Assembly: GCA_051252135.1 (NCBI GenBank)
Contig: JBPOGH010000004.1
Coordinates: forward strand, 160,001-224,000
Direction of reading: 5' to 3'
Length of the DNA stretch: 64,000 nucleotides
Source of the DNA: Verrucomicrobiaceae bacterium
Lineage (GTDB): Bacteria > Verrucomicrobiota > Verrucomicrobiia > Verrucomicrobiales > Akkermansiaceae
This document shows positions 38,457-48,166 of the stretch, piece by piece; within the stretch, counting starts at the first letter, position 1, and the number at the start of each line of letters is the position of its first letter. A model generated the notes under the pieces. It was not told the DNA's origin and ran no database searches. It saw only the letters and a program-made list of their open reading frames with translations. The position numbers and the translations under genes are program-made.

Positions 38457-41400
38457 TTACCGGACTCCGCTAAGAGTGACCCGATACAGAGCCTTGGTTG
38501 CAGCTTCCAAATTGACGTCGCAGATTGTTCGTACCGTTCCTCGGTCATAGACGGGCGAGTCCTCAGGGAGTTTTTCCCATTCGCCGTCTTGATTGAGCTT
38601 TTGGACTTCGTAAGTTACCGCTGGATCGACCGGACCAAAGGTGATGTCAGTTACTTGACTGGTTGATCCCGGGGCAACTAGTTCCACAACGAATCGAGAA
38701 GCGCGGCTTGTGGGGTCTGTGTTGTTAAGGAATTCGGTGGCGTTATTGTCTCCGTCACCGTCTGGATCCGCCCAGGGGAATGCGGCGGCGGCAGAAATTG
38801 ACGCGAAATACCGGACCTCCCAGTGATCGTCCAACCCGTCGTTATCAATGTCGGTCTTGTCACCCACTTTCAAATGACCGAAGGTGCTCGGGTGCCGAAG
38901 GCCGTCTGCAGAAACTGCGACAATTTCATAGACCCAATTACCTGGTTCCAAGGTGCCAGAAAATGTAAATTCGGTCAGATTAGTTTCCCCTAGCCTGACC
39001 CGGCTGGGTGATGTGGTGTTCCTTCTGATAAAGACTTCGTATTTGGTAGCTCCTTCTGCAGGGTGCCAAGTGAAATCGATAGGTTCATCGAACTGGAAAG
39101 GTGCTCTCATGAAGTGTGGTTTGATTCGTCTTGGTGCCTCTAACACGACCCCCTGAAATGGTAATAGTGAATTTAGGCCGATTGTGTTTCCGCGGGAGTC
39201 GCGGAGCTCCCGGTTGAAGGGATCTAGAAAGCTCTGCCCCATAAGATAGACAGCATCACTATGTTTATCGCCACGGCCATATTTGTCTGAGTCATTGTTG
39301 CCTTCTTCCTGAGGAGCAACCCGCTTTAAATAGCCGTCAATATTGACCTGATTGACACCGGTACTTTGCCCCCAATTTTCTAACGGAGTTGTGGAACTAA
39401 AAATAGCGTCTGTTTCATCCTTCGTGTAGTAGGACTGGCTATGGAACGGAATTTTCCCAGATAAGGATCGAGTATATCCATCTAGTTTACTCAATTCGAA
39501 CGTATTGAAGTATGCCCCTGCACCGAACAAGCTTCCATTTCCGGGGATATAGGGGTCTAGGTATACTGCTTGTATTTCGGTATTTAGAGGAAAATCCCAA
39601 GAAATTGCGCGTGTGCATGAGAGAACTCCCCATGAACCCGCGCTCCATCCGATGATTGTGATCTCGCTAAGATCGAGGCCCGATAGCTTCTTTGCTGTTA
39701 ACAATCCGTGTTGATAGGCATAGAAGCTCGCCTTCTTAGGGGCTGATAGGATATTGCCTCCAGTTGCTGCATCGGTTGACCAATATATTGGAATGAGTTG
39801 CCAGTCCTTAAATGTAGTGTCCTTATCCCGTTCCCATCCTTGGATGAGTTGATCCCAGGCTCCAGTATAAATCTCGGCCGGTGATTTTTCTTCAGGGTTC
39901 CAACCATGGAAGAGAATAACTATTTTGTTTTTTGTTACGTGATTATTGTAGATGTCCTTGATTGGTGAAATCGACCTTGTTTCGAGATCAGGGCCGCTGA
40001 GAAACTCCTCGGGAATTTTTGAGAGTAAATGACTCCGTTCGAAATCGGCGAGCTGATATGGGTCCAATTCTAAGGCGGTTCTCACCGTGCTGGCGTCAGA
40101 AGCATTGGATTCACCTTCATTATTTTCAGTCTTTAATCGATAAGAATATTCCGTGTTTGGGGAGAGATGTGGTCCTAGATCATCATATTCTAAATCGGGC
40201 CCCCAGTAAACCTGAGTATAATCTCCGTCAATTTCAGTCGCACGGAAAAGGCGATAATTAATAGCTCCGTCTACTTGGAGCCAAGTAATCTGGATTCCTG
40301 AGCTATTTAGGACCTCAAGAGCAGGAGCTAGCGGCGTTGCGGGCCCCGGTGGCGGACTTGTTGTGATACTGCTTGAGCTAGATCGTTGGGATTCGCCTTC
40401 GTTGGTATCTGCGCTGAGTTGGTAAAAATAGGTGGTATTGGGAGAAAGGTGATCTCCCTCATCAAAGTAGGTTCGGTCAGGGCCCCAGTAGATCTGAGTG
40501 TAGGTTCCGTTGAGAGTGGTGGACCGGAAGAGACGGTAGTTGGTCGCTCCTGAGGTAGAGTTCCATGAAGCTCTAATGCCATTGGGGCCAAGGACTAAAA
40601 GTGTGGGAGCGGACGGTGCTGGAGGTTCGTCAGGGTTTTCTGTTTTTGCATTGCTGGAAGTCGAGCGGGGGGATTCTCCTAATGCATTCTCTACGCTGAG
40701 TTGATAAAAGTAGGTAGTGTCGGCGGAAAGGTGGTTTCCTTGATCAGTGTAGGATAGATTCGGGCCCCAGTAGATCTGGGTGTAGGTTCCGTTGAGAGTC
40801 GAAGAGCGGAAGAGCCGGTAGTTTGTGATTCCGCTCGTGGAATTCCAGGTAGCGCGGATACCATTCGCGCTCAGAACCGTGAGGGTTGGAGCGTTGGGAG
40901 CTTGGGGTCCGGTGGGACTACTGGTTCTTGCATTTTGGGAGCTCGATTGCCCGGACTCTCCGGAGTTGTTGGAGGCGCTGACCTTGTAGTAGTAAGTCGT
41001 GTTGGCCGAAAGATGATTGCCTTGGTCAGTGTAGTTGCGATTGGGTCCCCAGTAGATCTGGGTGTAGGAGCCGCTGGAGCTGGTTGATCTGTAGAGATGA
41101 TAGTTGGAAGCACCGGTTGAGGAACCCCACGAAGCTTGGATGCCGTTGGTTCCAATGACGGTGAGAGCAAGTGCGCCAGGGGTCGGTGGTGTTGAAGGAG
41201 TTGCCTCCTGAGTGCGGGCACTGCGTGAGCTCGACCGAGCAGACTCCCCAGTGGAGTTGGAGGCACTGACCTTGTAGTAGTAAGTCGTGTTGGCGGAGAG
41301 GTGATTACCCTGATCGGTGTAGTTGAGATTGGGTCCCCAGTAGATTTGAGTGTAGGAGCCGCCGGAGCTGGTAGCACGATAGAGGTGGTAATTATCGGCG

Positions 41401-42107
41401 CCGGAAGAGGAACCCCACGAAGCCTGGATGCCATTGGTGCCGAGAACAGTGAGGGTAGGGGAGGAGGGGGTGGCAGGAATTGCTTCCTGAGTGCGGGCAC
41501 TGCGTGAGCTCGACCGGGCAGATTCGCCTGAAGTATTGGAGGCGCTGACCTTGTAGTAGTAGGTGGTATTGGCGGAGAGGTGGTTTCCTTGATCAGTGTA
41601 GTTGCGATTGGGGCCCCAGTAGATCTGGGTGTAGGAGCCGTTCGAGCTGGTGGCGCGATAGAGATGGTAGTTGTCGGCACCGGAAGAGGAGCCCCAAGAA
41701 GCCTGAATGCCGTTGGTGCCGAGAACAGTGAGGGTAGGGGAGGAGGGGGTCGAAGGAGTTGCTTCCTGAGTGCGGGCGCTGCGTGAGCTCGATAGGGCAG
41801 ATTCCCCGGAGGCATCAGATGCGCTCACTTTGTAGTAGTAGGTGGTGTCAGCGGAGAGATGGTTTCCTTGGTCGGTATAGGTGCGATTGGGACCCCAGTA
41901 GATCTGGGTGTAGGAGCCGCTCGAGCTGGTAGCGCGGTAGAGGTGGAAGTTGTCGGCGCCGGAGGAGGAGCCCCACGAAGCCTGGATGCCGTTGGTGCCG
42001 AGAACAGTGAGAGTAGGGGAGGAGGGGGTCGGTGGTGCCGCAATTGACCAGAGAGTGGATGAGAGAATTAGGAGGATTATTTTCAACGAATCGTAGATAT
42101 TTCTCAT
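38457..42107 (-). CDS. Large secreted protein: 7 tandem FN3 repeats, alpha/beta-hydrolase-like domain, FN3 and Ca-binding D-rich repeats
   Basis: Repeats with YWGP and TTYYYKVSA; FHGWN...GWSAG...LDP; DIDNDGLDDHWE, DPDGDGDNNATE. Confidence 0.88.
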   Translation of the reverse strand: MRNIYDSLKIILLILSSTLWSIAAPPTPSSPTLTVLGTNGIQASWGSSSGADNFHLYRATSSSGSYTQIYWGPNRTYTDQGNHLSADTTYYYKVSASDASGESALSSSRSARTQEATPSTPSSPTLTVLGTNGIQASWGSSSGADNYHLYRATSSNGSYTQIYWGPNRNYTDQGNHLSANTTYYYKVSASNTSGESARSSSRSARTQEAIPATPSSPTLTVLGTNGIQASWGSSSGADNYHLYRATSSGGSYTQIYWGPNLNYTDQGNHLSANTTYYYKVSASNSTGESARSSSRSARTQEATPSTPPTPGALALTVIGTNGIQASWGSSTGASNYHLYRSTSSSGSYTQIYWGPNRNYTDQGNHLSANTTYYYKVSASNNSGESGQSSSQNARTSSPTGPQAPNAPTLTVLSANGIRATWNSTSGITNYRLFRSSTLNGTYTQIYWGPNLSYTDQGNHLSADTTYFYQLSVENALGESPRSTSSNAKTENPDEPPAPSAPTLLVLGPNGIRASWNSTSGATNYRLFRSTTLNGTYTQIYWGPDRTYFDEGDHLSPNTTYFYQLSADTNEGESQRSSSSSITTSPPPGPATPLAPALEVLNSSGIQITWLQVDGAINYRLFRATEIDGDYTQVYWGPDLEYDDLGPHLSPNTEYSYRLKTENNEGESNASDASTVRTALELDPYQLADFERSHLLSKIPEEFLSGPDLETRSISPIKDIYNNHVTKNKIVILFHGWNPEEKSPAEIYTGAWDQLIQGWERDKDTTFKDWQLIPIYWSTDAATGGNILSAPKKASFYAYQHGLLTAKKLSGLDLSEITIIGWSAGSWGVLSCTRAISWDFPLNTEIQAVYLDPYIPGNGSLFGAGAYFNTFELSKLDGYTRSLSGKIPFHSQSYYTKDETDAIFSSTTPLENWGQSTGVNQVNIDGYLKRVAPQEEGNNDSDKYGRGDKHSDAVYLMGQSFLDPFNRELRDSRGNTIGLNSLLPFQGVVLEAPRRIKPHFMRAPFQFDEPIDFTWHPAEGATKYEVFIRRNTTSPSRVRLGETNLTEFTFSGTLEPGNWVYEIVAVSADGLRHPSTFGHLKVGDKTDIDNDGLDDHWEVRYFASISAAAAFPWADPDGDGDNNATEFLNNTDPTSRASRFVVELVAPGSTSQVTDITFGPVDPAVTYEVQKLNQDGEWEKLPEDSPVYDRGTVRTICDVNLEAATKALYRVTLSGVR

Positions 42108-42301
42108 AGATAGAAAAGAGAGAGTTATGACTCTATTCTATTCATTCTAGTTCAGTGTTCCGACCTAAATTTCAAAGCAGCAGAATGCCCTAAATAGGTT
42201 TCGCGGTAACGCATTTGTGAATAGGGGATTATTAGATCCGATTTGAAATAGGGAGAGGGGCCTAAAATGTGTAATCTGTAAAGGTGTGTTAAGTAATTGG
42301 C

Positions 42302-44275
42302 TTAATTTTTTGATGAGGCGGATTGGATGAAGGCACGGATGGCTTCGAATTGTTTGGCGGAGTCGCCCCCGAGGAGTTCGGGTTTGAAGGCGGAGCCGTC
42401 GTCGTTGGTATACTTGGGCATTTTGGTATCGGGGACCATGCGGGTGGGGTTTTGCATCCACTGGTGGAAGTAACCGGGGCGGAGTCGGTGGTGGGAGAGG
42501 GCGAAGTTGATGCCCTGGACCTCGAAGGCGGCGAGGGCGGGGGCGTCTCCGATGGCGTGGCAGGTGACGCAGGCGTATCCGGTCATGCCGACGAGGTCTT
42601 TTCCGATGGTGACGAGGTCAGCGGGAGGTGCTTCGGCGGATGGGGTGGAGGGTGCGAGTCCGGGTTGGGCGGAGAGTCCGTGGGCGAGTCCTTTTGCGTG
42701 GAGCGGGAAGGCGGGCATGCGCATGTCGAGCCAGGGGCGCGGGGAGGGGGTGACTTTTCCGAGGAGCATTTTCTCGAGGTAGTTGCTGTGGAGCATGGCG
42801 CCCATGTGGGTGAGGGGCGGGCGGGACTGCTCGAGTTTTTCGCTGTGTCCCTCGATGTGGGCGACGAGTGATTTGGACTCGGCGTGGTTGGCGGTGAGGA
42901 GGGAGGCCTTACCGTCCTGAACGTGGCAGGAGTTGCAGCGGAGGGCTTCGGTTTGGCGGGCGGCGTAGGCGGCGGGGTTGTCGAACTTGAGTTTGTTGAG
43001 AAGGGTGGGGGCGGCCTGGGTGAGGGCGGTTTTTTCATCGGCGGTGAGGATGAGGCGGGGTGAGTTGCCGCGTTTTTCATCGGGGCCGAGGCAGCCTTGG
43101 TCGGACCAATTTTTGAGGTCGGCGAGTTGGGGAGCAGGAGAGGTGGAGGCGGGGAGTCCCTGGTGGCAGGAGGCGCAGTTGAGTTGGGCGGCGAGGGTTT
43201 GGCCGCGGGCGGGATCGCCGGGAGGGAACTCGGAGGGATCGGGGGTGTGGCGGCCGGTGGATTCGGCGGTGAGGAAGGCGGCGAGGGAAGCGGCTTCGTC
43301 ATCGCTGAGCTGGAAGTCCGGCATTTTGATGGCCTGATGGTTTTTGGTGGGTTCCTTGAGGAAGGTGACGAGGGAGTCGCCGAGGAATTTGGTGGCGACG
43401 TTGTTGAGGGGGATGCGGTGGGTGTTGAAGTCGTGCTCGTGATTCGAGGGGAGGGTGTGGCAGGCGACGCAACCGAGATTGTGGAAGATGCCGCCGCCTG
43501 CTTGGGCGAGGGTTTTGTCGGGGGCGGGGCCGGCGGGAGATTTTTTGAGGGTGGCGAGGTAGGCTCCGAGATCGGCGGCGGCTTGGGCGCCTTCGGGTTT
43601 GGTGTGATCGACCATGGCGGGCATGGTGGTGGTGGGCTTAAGTTTGTCGGGCTGGGCGATCCAGCGGGTGAGCCAGGGCTCGGAGGCGCGGTCGCCAATG
43701 GCGGTGAGGTCGGGAGCGGTGTGGCCGAGCTCGGGCATGGCGTGGGGGCCGAGGTCACCGGTGGCGTGGCACTTGGTGCAGTTGTGCGAGGCGACGAGGT
43801 GGGCGGGGTCGATGGAGTCGTCGAGTTTTTTGAAAGCGGTGGAGGGGACGGGCTCGAGGGGGAAGGTGTTGCTACCTTCCCACATGAGGCGGAAGGTGGC
43901 GGGGCCTTCGGCGGGAGGGGAGTAGGTGAGGGAGAGGGGGTGTTCGCCGGGATTAAGGCGGAGGCGTTTTGATGGTTCGGCGGAGAGGTCGCCGGTGAGG
44001 TTGAGGACTTCTTCGTCGCCGATTTTTAGCGAAGCGGTTCCGGAGCCCTGGAAGGAGAAGTAAAGGCGGGCGCGCTTGTCGATGATGAGGTTTCCGGTCC
44101 AGGTGGCGGTGAAGGTGCCGGGGGCGAGTCCTTGGGCGGGAGGGGTTCCTTCTTCGAGGTGGAGGGCGGGGAAGCGGGTCTCCGTGGTGACGGATTGCTC
44201 GCCCTGGGTGAAGGTGGCGAGGAGTCCGGCGGAGGCGAATCCGGGGAGGAGAAGGAGGAGGGTGAGGAGGCGCAT
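42302..44275 (-). CDS. Multiheme c-type cytochrome (5 CxxCH) with an N-terminal PA14-like domain
   Basis: CTKCH, CVACH, CASCH, CNSCH, CVTCH, with MP motifs; FTATWTG; start MRLL at 44275. Confidence 0.88.
   Translation of the reverse strand: MRLLTLLLLLPGFASAGLLATFTQGEQSVTTETRFPALHLEEGTPPAQGLAPGTFTATWTGNLIIDKRARLYFSFQGSGTASLKIGDEEVLNLTGDLSAEPSKRLRLNPGEHPLSLTYSPPAEGPATFRLMWEGSNTFPLEPVPSTAFKKLDDSIDPAHLVASHNCTKCHATGDLGPHAMPELGHTAPDLTAIGDRASEPWLTRWIAQPDKLKPTTTMPAMVDHTKPEGAQAAADLGAYLATLKKSPAGPAPDKTLAQAGGGIFHNLGCVACHTLPSNHEHDFNTHRIPLNNVATKFLGDSLVTFLKEPTKNHQAIKMPDFQLSDDEAASLAAFLTAESTGRHTPDPSEFPPGDPARGQTLAAQLNCASCHQGLPASTSPAPQLADLKNWSDQGCLGPDEKRGNSPRLILTADEKTALTQAAPTLLNKLKFDNPAAYAARQTEALRCNSCHVQDGKASLLTANHAESKSLVAHIEGHSEKLEQSRPPLTHMGAMLHSNYLEKMLLGKVTPSPRPWLDMRMPAFPLHAKGLAHGLSAQPGLAPSTPSAEAPPADLVTIGKDLVGMTGYACVTCHAIGDAPALAAFEVQGINFALSHHRLRPGYFHQWMQNPTRMVPDTKMPKYTNDDGSAFKPELLGGDSAKQFEAIRAFIQSASSKN
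42323..42382. repeat. 60-bp direct repeat, copy 2 (inside the 3' end of the cytochrome gene)
   Basis: Matches 36655-36714 with one mismatch. Confidence 0.95.
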
Positions 44276-44501
44276 GGTGGGCTGGGTTGAGTGGGGGAAG
44301 AATGAACGATTTGAGAATTGGATGAATGGATGATTGGCCGGGTTGGGGGGGCTTGCGAAGCGAAGCGGCGGGCGCCGCGACTCCATTGGGGGCTTGGGTT
44401 GGGGGGAAGCGGGCAGGAATGCCCACTCTCCTTATTCCGGGTTGAGGGGGAAGAGAAAGCGGCGGTTTGGGGCCGCCGCTTTGAGGGAGAGATTGGTTAC
44501 C

Positions 44502-47378
44502 TTACTTGATGGTGTGGATGGTGTTGTGGATGGTGCCGATGAGTTCGTCGCCGTCGGTGGATTCGAGGTCGTAGTCGATGCGCATTTGCTCGGTGGGCTT
44601 GTGGCCTTCGAGTTCGATGTGGATGCTTTTGCCATCGCGGCCGAGCTTGGCTGAGAGGACCTTGACCTTGTCCTGGACGCGGTGGTTTTTGGACTCCTTT
44701 TCGGCGGCGGTTTTTTCAGCGGCGGCATCGGGGTGATCGACGGAGAAGTGGCCGGATCCGTATTGTGAGCTACGGACGTACTTCCAACGTTGGACGGTGA
44801 AGGAGGTGGGGTCGTTGGCGAGTTCTTCGTCGAGTTCCTGATCAAAGGTGATTTTAATTCCTTTGTCGGTGACGTCGAGGGCGGTGGGGAGCGGGTTGGG
44901 GGCGTCGGCGTTGTGACGGATGCGCTGGAAGGCGGCCTCGTTGGCGGCGTTGGTCTGCCAGCCGCGGAATCCGCAGACATACATCGAGCCATCCGGGTGG
45001 AAGGCGGCGCGTTGTGCGGAGGAGCCGAGCTTGAGGGGGAGTTTGGCAACGCCACCCTGGTAGCGGCCATCACCGATCTTTTCACGAAGGACGTGGTAGA
45101 TGGAGGATTGTCCGTAGGAGAGGTGGAGGAGTTCGCCGGCGGGGATGCCGATTTTTGCTTCCTTGGTGACCCAGAGTTGTCCGCCGCCGGAGTTGTCGAC
45201 GTTCATGGGGAGGTAGCAGAGGGGCTCGGTGTAGGGGGTCTCGTTGCCGTGGCGGGCGTTCTCCACTCCGAAGAATGCTTTCTCGCTGCCGGTGGGCTCG
45301 AAGTAGTTGATCTTACAGCAGGGCTGCCAGGTTCCTTCGTTTTCGCCGGTGGTGATTTCGCCATTGGGTCCGACGCCGATGCCGCCGGGGGCACGGAGTC
45401 CGGTGGCGAGGATTTCGAGGGTGGAGCCATCAGCGGAGACCTTCATGAAGGCGCCGTTGTGGGGGAGGATTTTGTCAAATCCGCGACCGCCGGGAAGGAC
45501 GGGGGAGGCTTTGGCGAAGTAGAAGTTTCCGTCCTTGTCGGTCTCGAGGCCGAATTGGAATTCGTGGAAGTTGTTGGTGATGAGGACGTCGTTATTGAAG
45601 ATCTTGAACTCATCGGCTTCGCCGTCGTTATTGAGATCGCGGGCCTGCCAGATGGCGTCGCGGCCGGCGATGTGGGGGACGTCGTTGACGATGCGGAGGC
45701 CGAGGGGTTCGAAGAATCCGGTGGCCCAGCGTTTCCAGGTGAGGGTGTTGAATTCCTTGAGTCCGGAGACGAGCCAGATGTCTCCGTCCCAGGTGGAGAG
45801 GAGGGCGCGGTCTCCGTCGGAGAAGAAGTCGAAATCGCTCATGCGGACCTTACCGAGGTAAGGGGAGTCGTTGAGCGCGGGTGGGAGGGGGATGGTGTCG
45901 ACGAGCCAGGGGTTATCGGAGGAATCGATTTGGGCTTCGACGGTGAAGGTCTCGGGCGAGATGCCGGGGCCGGCCTTGAGGTAGGGGGCGAAGGGGACGG
46001 GCTGGGTGACGTCGCCCTGGCCATTGCGCGAGTAGAGAAGGGAGACGGTGCGCTTTTCGGAACTGGGGGCGAGGTGGAGGAAGTGGGTGCCGTTATCGAC
46101 GGTGACCTTGGCTCCGGTGCCGAGGAGTTTGAGGGCGAAGTCTTTTTCCGCGGAGGTATCGAGGAGGCGGCAGACGAGTGGTTTGTCGTGCGCGTCGATT
46201 TCCATGAGGCGGGTGAGGCCGTTCCGGTTGTCGGCGAGGTAGTCGCGGATTTCGGTGCCGTTGATGGCGTAGTGAAGGATGATGCCATTTCCATTCCGGA
46301 GGTATCCGAGGAATTTGGTGTTGGGCATATTGCCGTGACCGGGGATGGGGCGGGTGTCCTCGAAGGAGCCGTTGGCATCCGCCCAGACGGGACCGGAAGC
46401 GGCGGTGAAGAGGGAGTTCTTTTCGTTAAGGAGTTTGTTGACCTGTCCGTGGCCACCGCCCCAGGGGGTGTTGTGAAGGGCGGTGCCTTCGTTGGTGGCG
46501 GAGACGAGGGAGAGGGTCTCGAGATTGAAGAGGGCCTGCCGGGTGGGGATGGCGGAGTAGGAGAGGGCGAGGCCTTTGATGGCGGACTCGGGGCGGTATT
46601 CGCCCTTGAACCAATCGGAGAAGCTTTGGAAGAAGGCGGGGCCGTGGTCGGCGATGCGGTACCAATCGGGTTTGCCTTTGGTCTCACCGCCCTTGCGGGT
46701 GGGCATCATGGGAGTGGTGATGGGGTCGGCCTTGGCCCAGTATTGGACGAGCTCGGAGCGGGGGACGCCGGCCAAGGCGAGGACTTCGAGGAGGGTGCCT
46801 CCTTTGCCGCGGTTTTCGACGGAGATGTTGCGGAACTGGACGGGGGAGCCGTCGTCGTGGTTTTGGATGCCGACGAAGCCCTTGACATCGCCACGCCCGG
46901 GTTGGGTGATGAAGATGTTGATGAGTTTGCCGTTGAGGAGGATGGCGATTTTTTCGTTGGCGGCGATGATGTGGTAGTCATTCCATTCGCCGATTTTGAC
47001 GGGGTTGGCGATGGGGGCCTGGATTTCGTAGACGGAGCCGGTTTGGTTATTGGCGACCTGATCGCCGGCGATCTGGATTTCGTAGCCTTCCTTGACGGCG
47101 ACCCAGGGGTCATTGCCGGGATCGGGGAAGCGGAGAAAGACGCCGGAGTTTTGCTTGGGGTCGTCGAGTTTGAACTGGAGGTGGAGGGAGAAGTTGTGGA
47201 GCTCGGTTTCGTGCCACCAGAGGCCCATGCCTCCTTTGGCGGTGGCGACGCCATCGGCGATTCCGAAGGAACCGGGGCCGGCCATTTTCCAGCCATCGGG
47301 GTTGCCATTGAAGAGAACGGTCTTGGCCTGGGTGAGGGGCGCCAGGCCGAGGAGGAGAGGAAGGATGAGCTTGTGCAT
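44502..47378 (-). CDS. DUF1080 domain fused to a sugar-dehydrogenase-like beta-propeller
   Basis: NSGVFLR..GYEIQI..GEWN..GFVGIQNH..FRNI; then ATGFFEPLGL and ATGLRAPGG. Confidence 0.8.
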   Translation of the reverse strand: MHKLILPLLLGLAPLTQAKTVLFNGNPDGWKMAGPGSFGIADGVATAKGGMGLWWHETELHNFSLHLQFKLDDPKQNSGVFLRFPDPGNDPWVAVKEGYEIQIAGDQVANNQTGSVYEIQAPIANPVKIGEWNDYHIIAANEKIAILLNGKLINIFITQPGRGDVKGFVGIQNHDDGSPVQFRNISVENRGKGGTLLEVLALAGVPRSELVQYWAKADPITTPMMPTRKGGETKGKPDWYRIADHGPAFFQSFSDWFKGEYRPESAIKGLALSYSAIPTRQALFNLETLSLVSATNEGTALHNTPWGGGHGQVNKLLNEKNSLFTAASGPVWADANGSFEDTRPIPGHGNMPNTKFLGYLRNGNGIILHYAINGTEIRDYLADNRNGLTRLMEIDAHDKPLVCRLLDTSAEKDFALKLLGTGAKVTVDNGTHFLHLAPSSEKRTVSLLYSRNGQGDVTQPVPFAPYLKAGPGISPETFTVEAQIDSSDNPWLVDTIPLPPALNDSPYLGKVRMSDFDFFSDGDRALLSTWDGDIWLVSGLKEFNTLTWKRWATGFFEPLGLRIVNDVPHIAGRDAIWQARDLNNDGEADEFKIFNNDVLITNNFHEFQFGLETDKDGNFYFAKASPVLPGGRGFDKILPHNGAFMKVSADGSTLEILATGLRAPGGIGVGPNGEITTGENEGTWQPCCKINYFEPTGSEKAFFGVENARHGNETPYTEPLCYLPMNVDNSGGGQLWVTKEAKIGIPAGELLHLSYGQSSIYHVLREKIGDGRYQGGVAKLPLKLGSSAQRAAFHPDGSMYVCGFRGWQTNAANEAAFQRIRHNADAPNPLPTALDVTDKGIKITFDQELDEELANDPTSFTVQRWKYVRSSQYGSGHFSVDHPDAAAEKTAAEKESKNHRVQDKVKVLSAKLGRDGKSIHIELEGHKPTEQMRIDYDLESTDGDELIGTIHNTIHTIK

Positions 47379-47503
47379 GGGATTGATAGACTAGAAGAGA
47401 CGTTTTTATACGGGGCAGGTCAACCGAGTCTTTGGAATCTTTCGCGCATTTTGGAATGGCTGATGGCGCAAAAGGCGTCGAACATGGGGGCGTGTGGGAC
47501 TGG

Positions 47504-48007
47504 ATGCTTGAGACGACGTTGAATTGGGGTGTTTGGATCGCGACGGTGAGTCTGATTATCCTGGGATTAATTGGGACGATTGTGCCTTTTCTGCCGGGGC
47601 ATTTGTTGATTTTTGCGGCGGCGTGGATTCCCTTTTTATCGTTGGACGACGGGGGTGGGGTGGATTGGTGGGGGATGATTGCGCTGGGGGTGGGGTTGGT
47701 CTTGGCCCAGGCGCTGGAGTTTTTGAGTGGCGCGATGGGGGCGCGGTGGTTTGGCGGGACGAAGTGGGGGGCCTTTGGGGCGTTTGCGGGAGGGATTGTG
47801 GGGTTGTTCTTTCTGCCGTTTGGCTTGTTGCTGGGACCGTTGATTGGAGCGGCGGGGTGTGAGTGGCTGTTGGCGGAGAAGACGGTGAAGCCGGCTACGG
47901 TATCGGGTGTGGGTTCGGTGATTGGGACGGTGGCGGGGATGGGGATGAAGATTGTGGTGGCGGTGTTGATGGTGGTGGTGTTTGTGGTGGATTTGTTTTG
48001 GTGGTGA
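47504..48007 (+). CDS. DUF456-family membrane protein
   Basis: GTIVPFLPG, GARWFGGTKWG, GPLIGA. Confidence 0.85.
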   Translation: MLETTLNWGVWIATVSLIILGLIGTIVPFLPGHLLIFAAAWIPFLSLDDGGGVDWWGMIALGVGLVLAQALEFLSGAMGARWFGGTKWGAFGAFAGGIVGLFFLPFGLLLGPLIGAAGCEWLLAEKTVKPATVSGVGSVIGTVAGMGMKIVVAVLMVVVFVVDLFWW

Positions 48008-48166
48008 TTTTTTTTGTGGGAGGGGAGTGGGTTTTGCAGGTGTGCGGGAGATTGAGCGATTGGCTTTTGGCTTTTGGCTTTTTTGAGAGCTTGGGTGAGG
48101 GGGAAGTTAGCGACGTTACAAATTGGGGGAAGTTGTTGCGGGGGTGGGGAAAATGAATAGAGTGGC

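Larger units (their letters stand above)
36715..42322. mobile_element. Integrase-less genomic islet between 60-bp direct repeats
   Basis: Flanking direct repeat; visibly lower GC and loss of the host G-skew; two secreted-protein genes. Confidence 0.7.

Noticed and set aside
40080..42040. Diversity-generating retroelement TR/VR pairs in the FN3 repeats
   Set aside because: No reverse transcriptase; repeats are in-frame coding; differences are not adenine-specific
44790..47522. 910-aa + strand ORF and many similar long antisense or alternative-frame ORFs (e.g. 18707-20401, 42583-43758, 50341-51480)
   Set aside because: Shadows of real genes caused by high GC and codon skew; low complexity, no motifs
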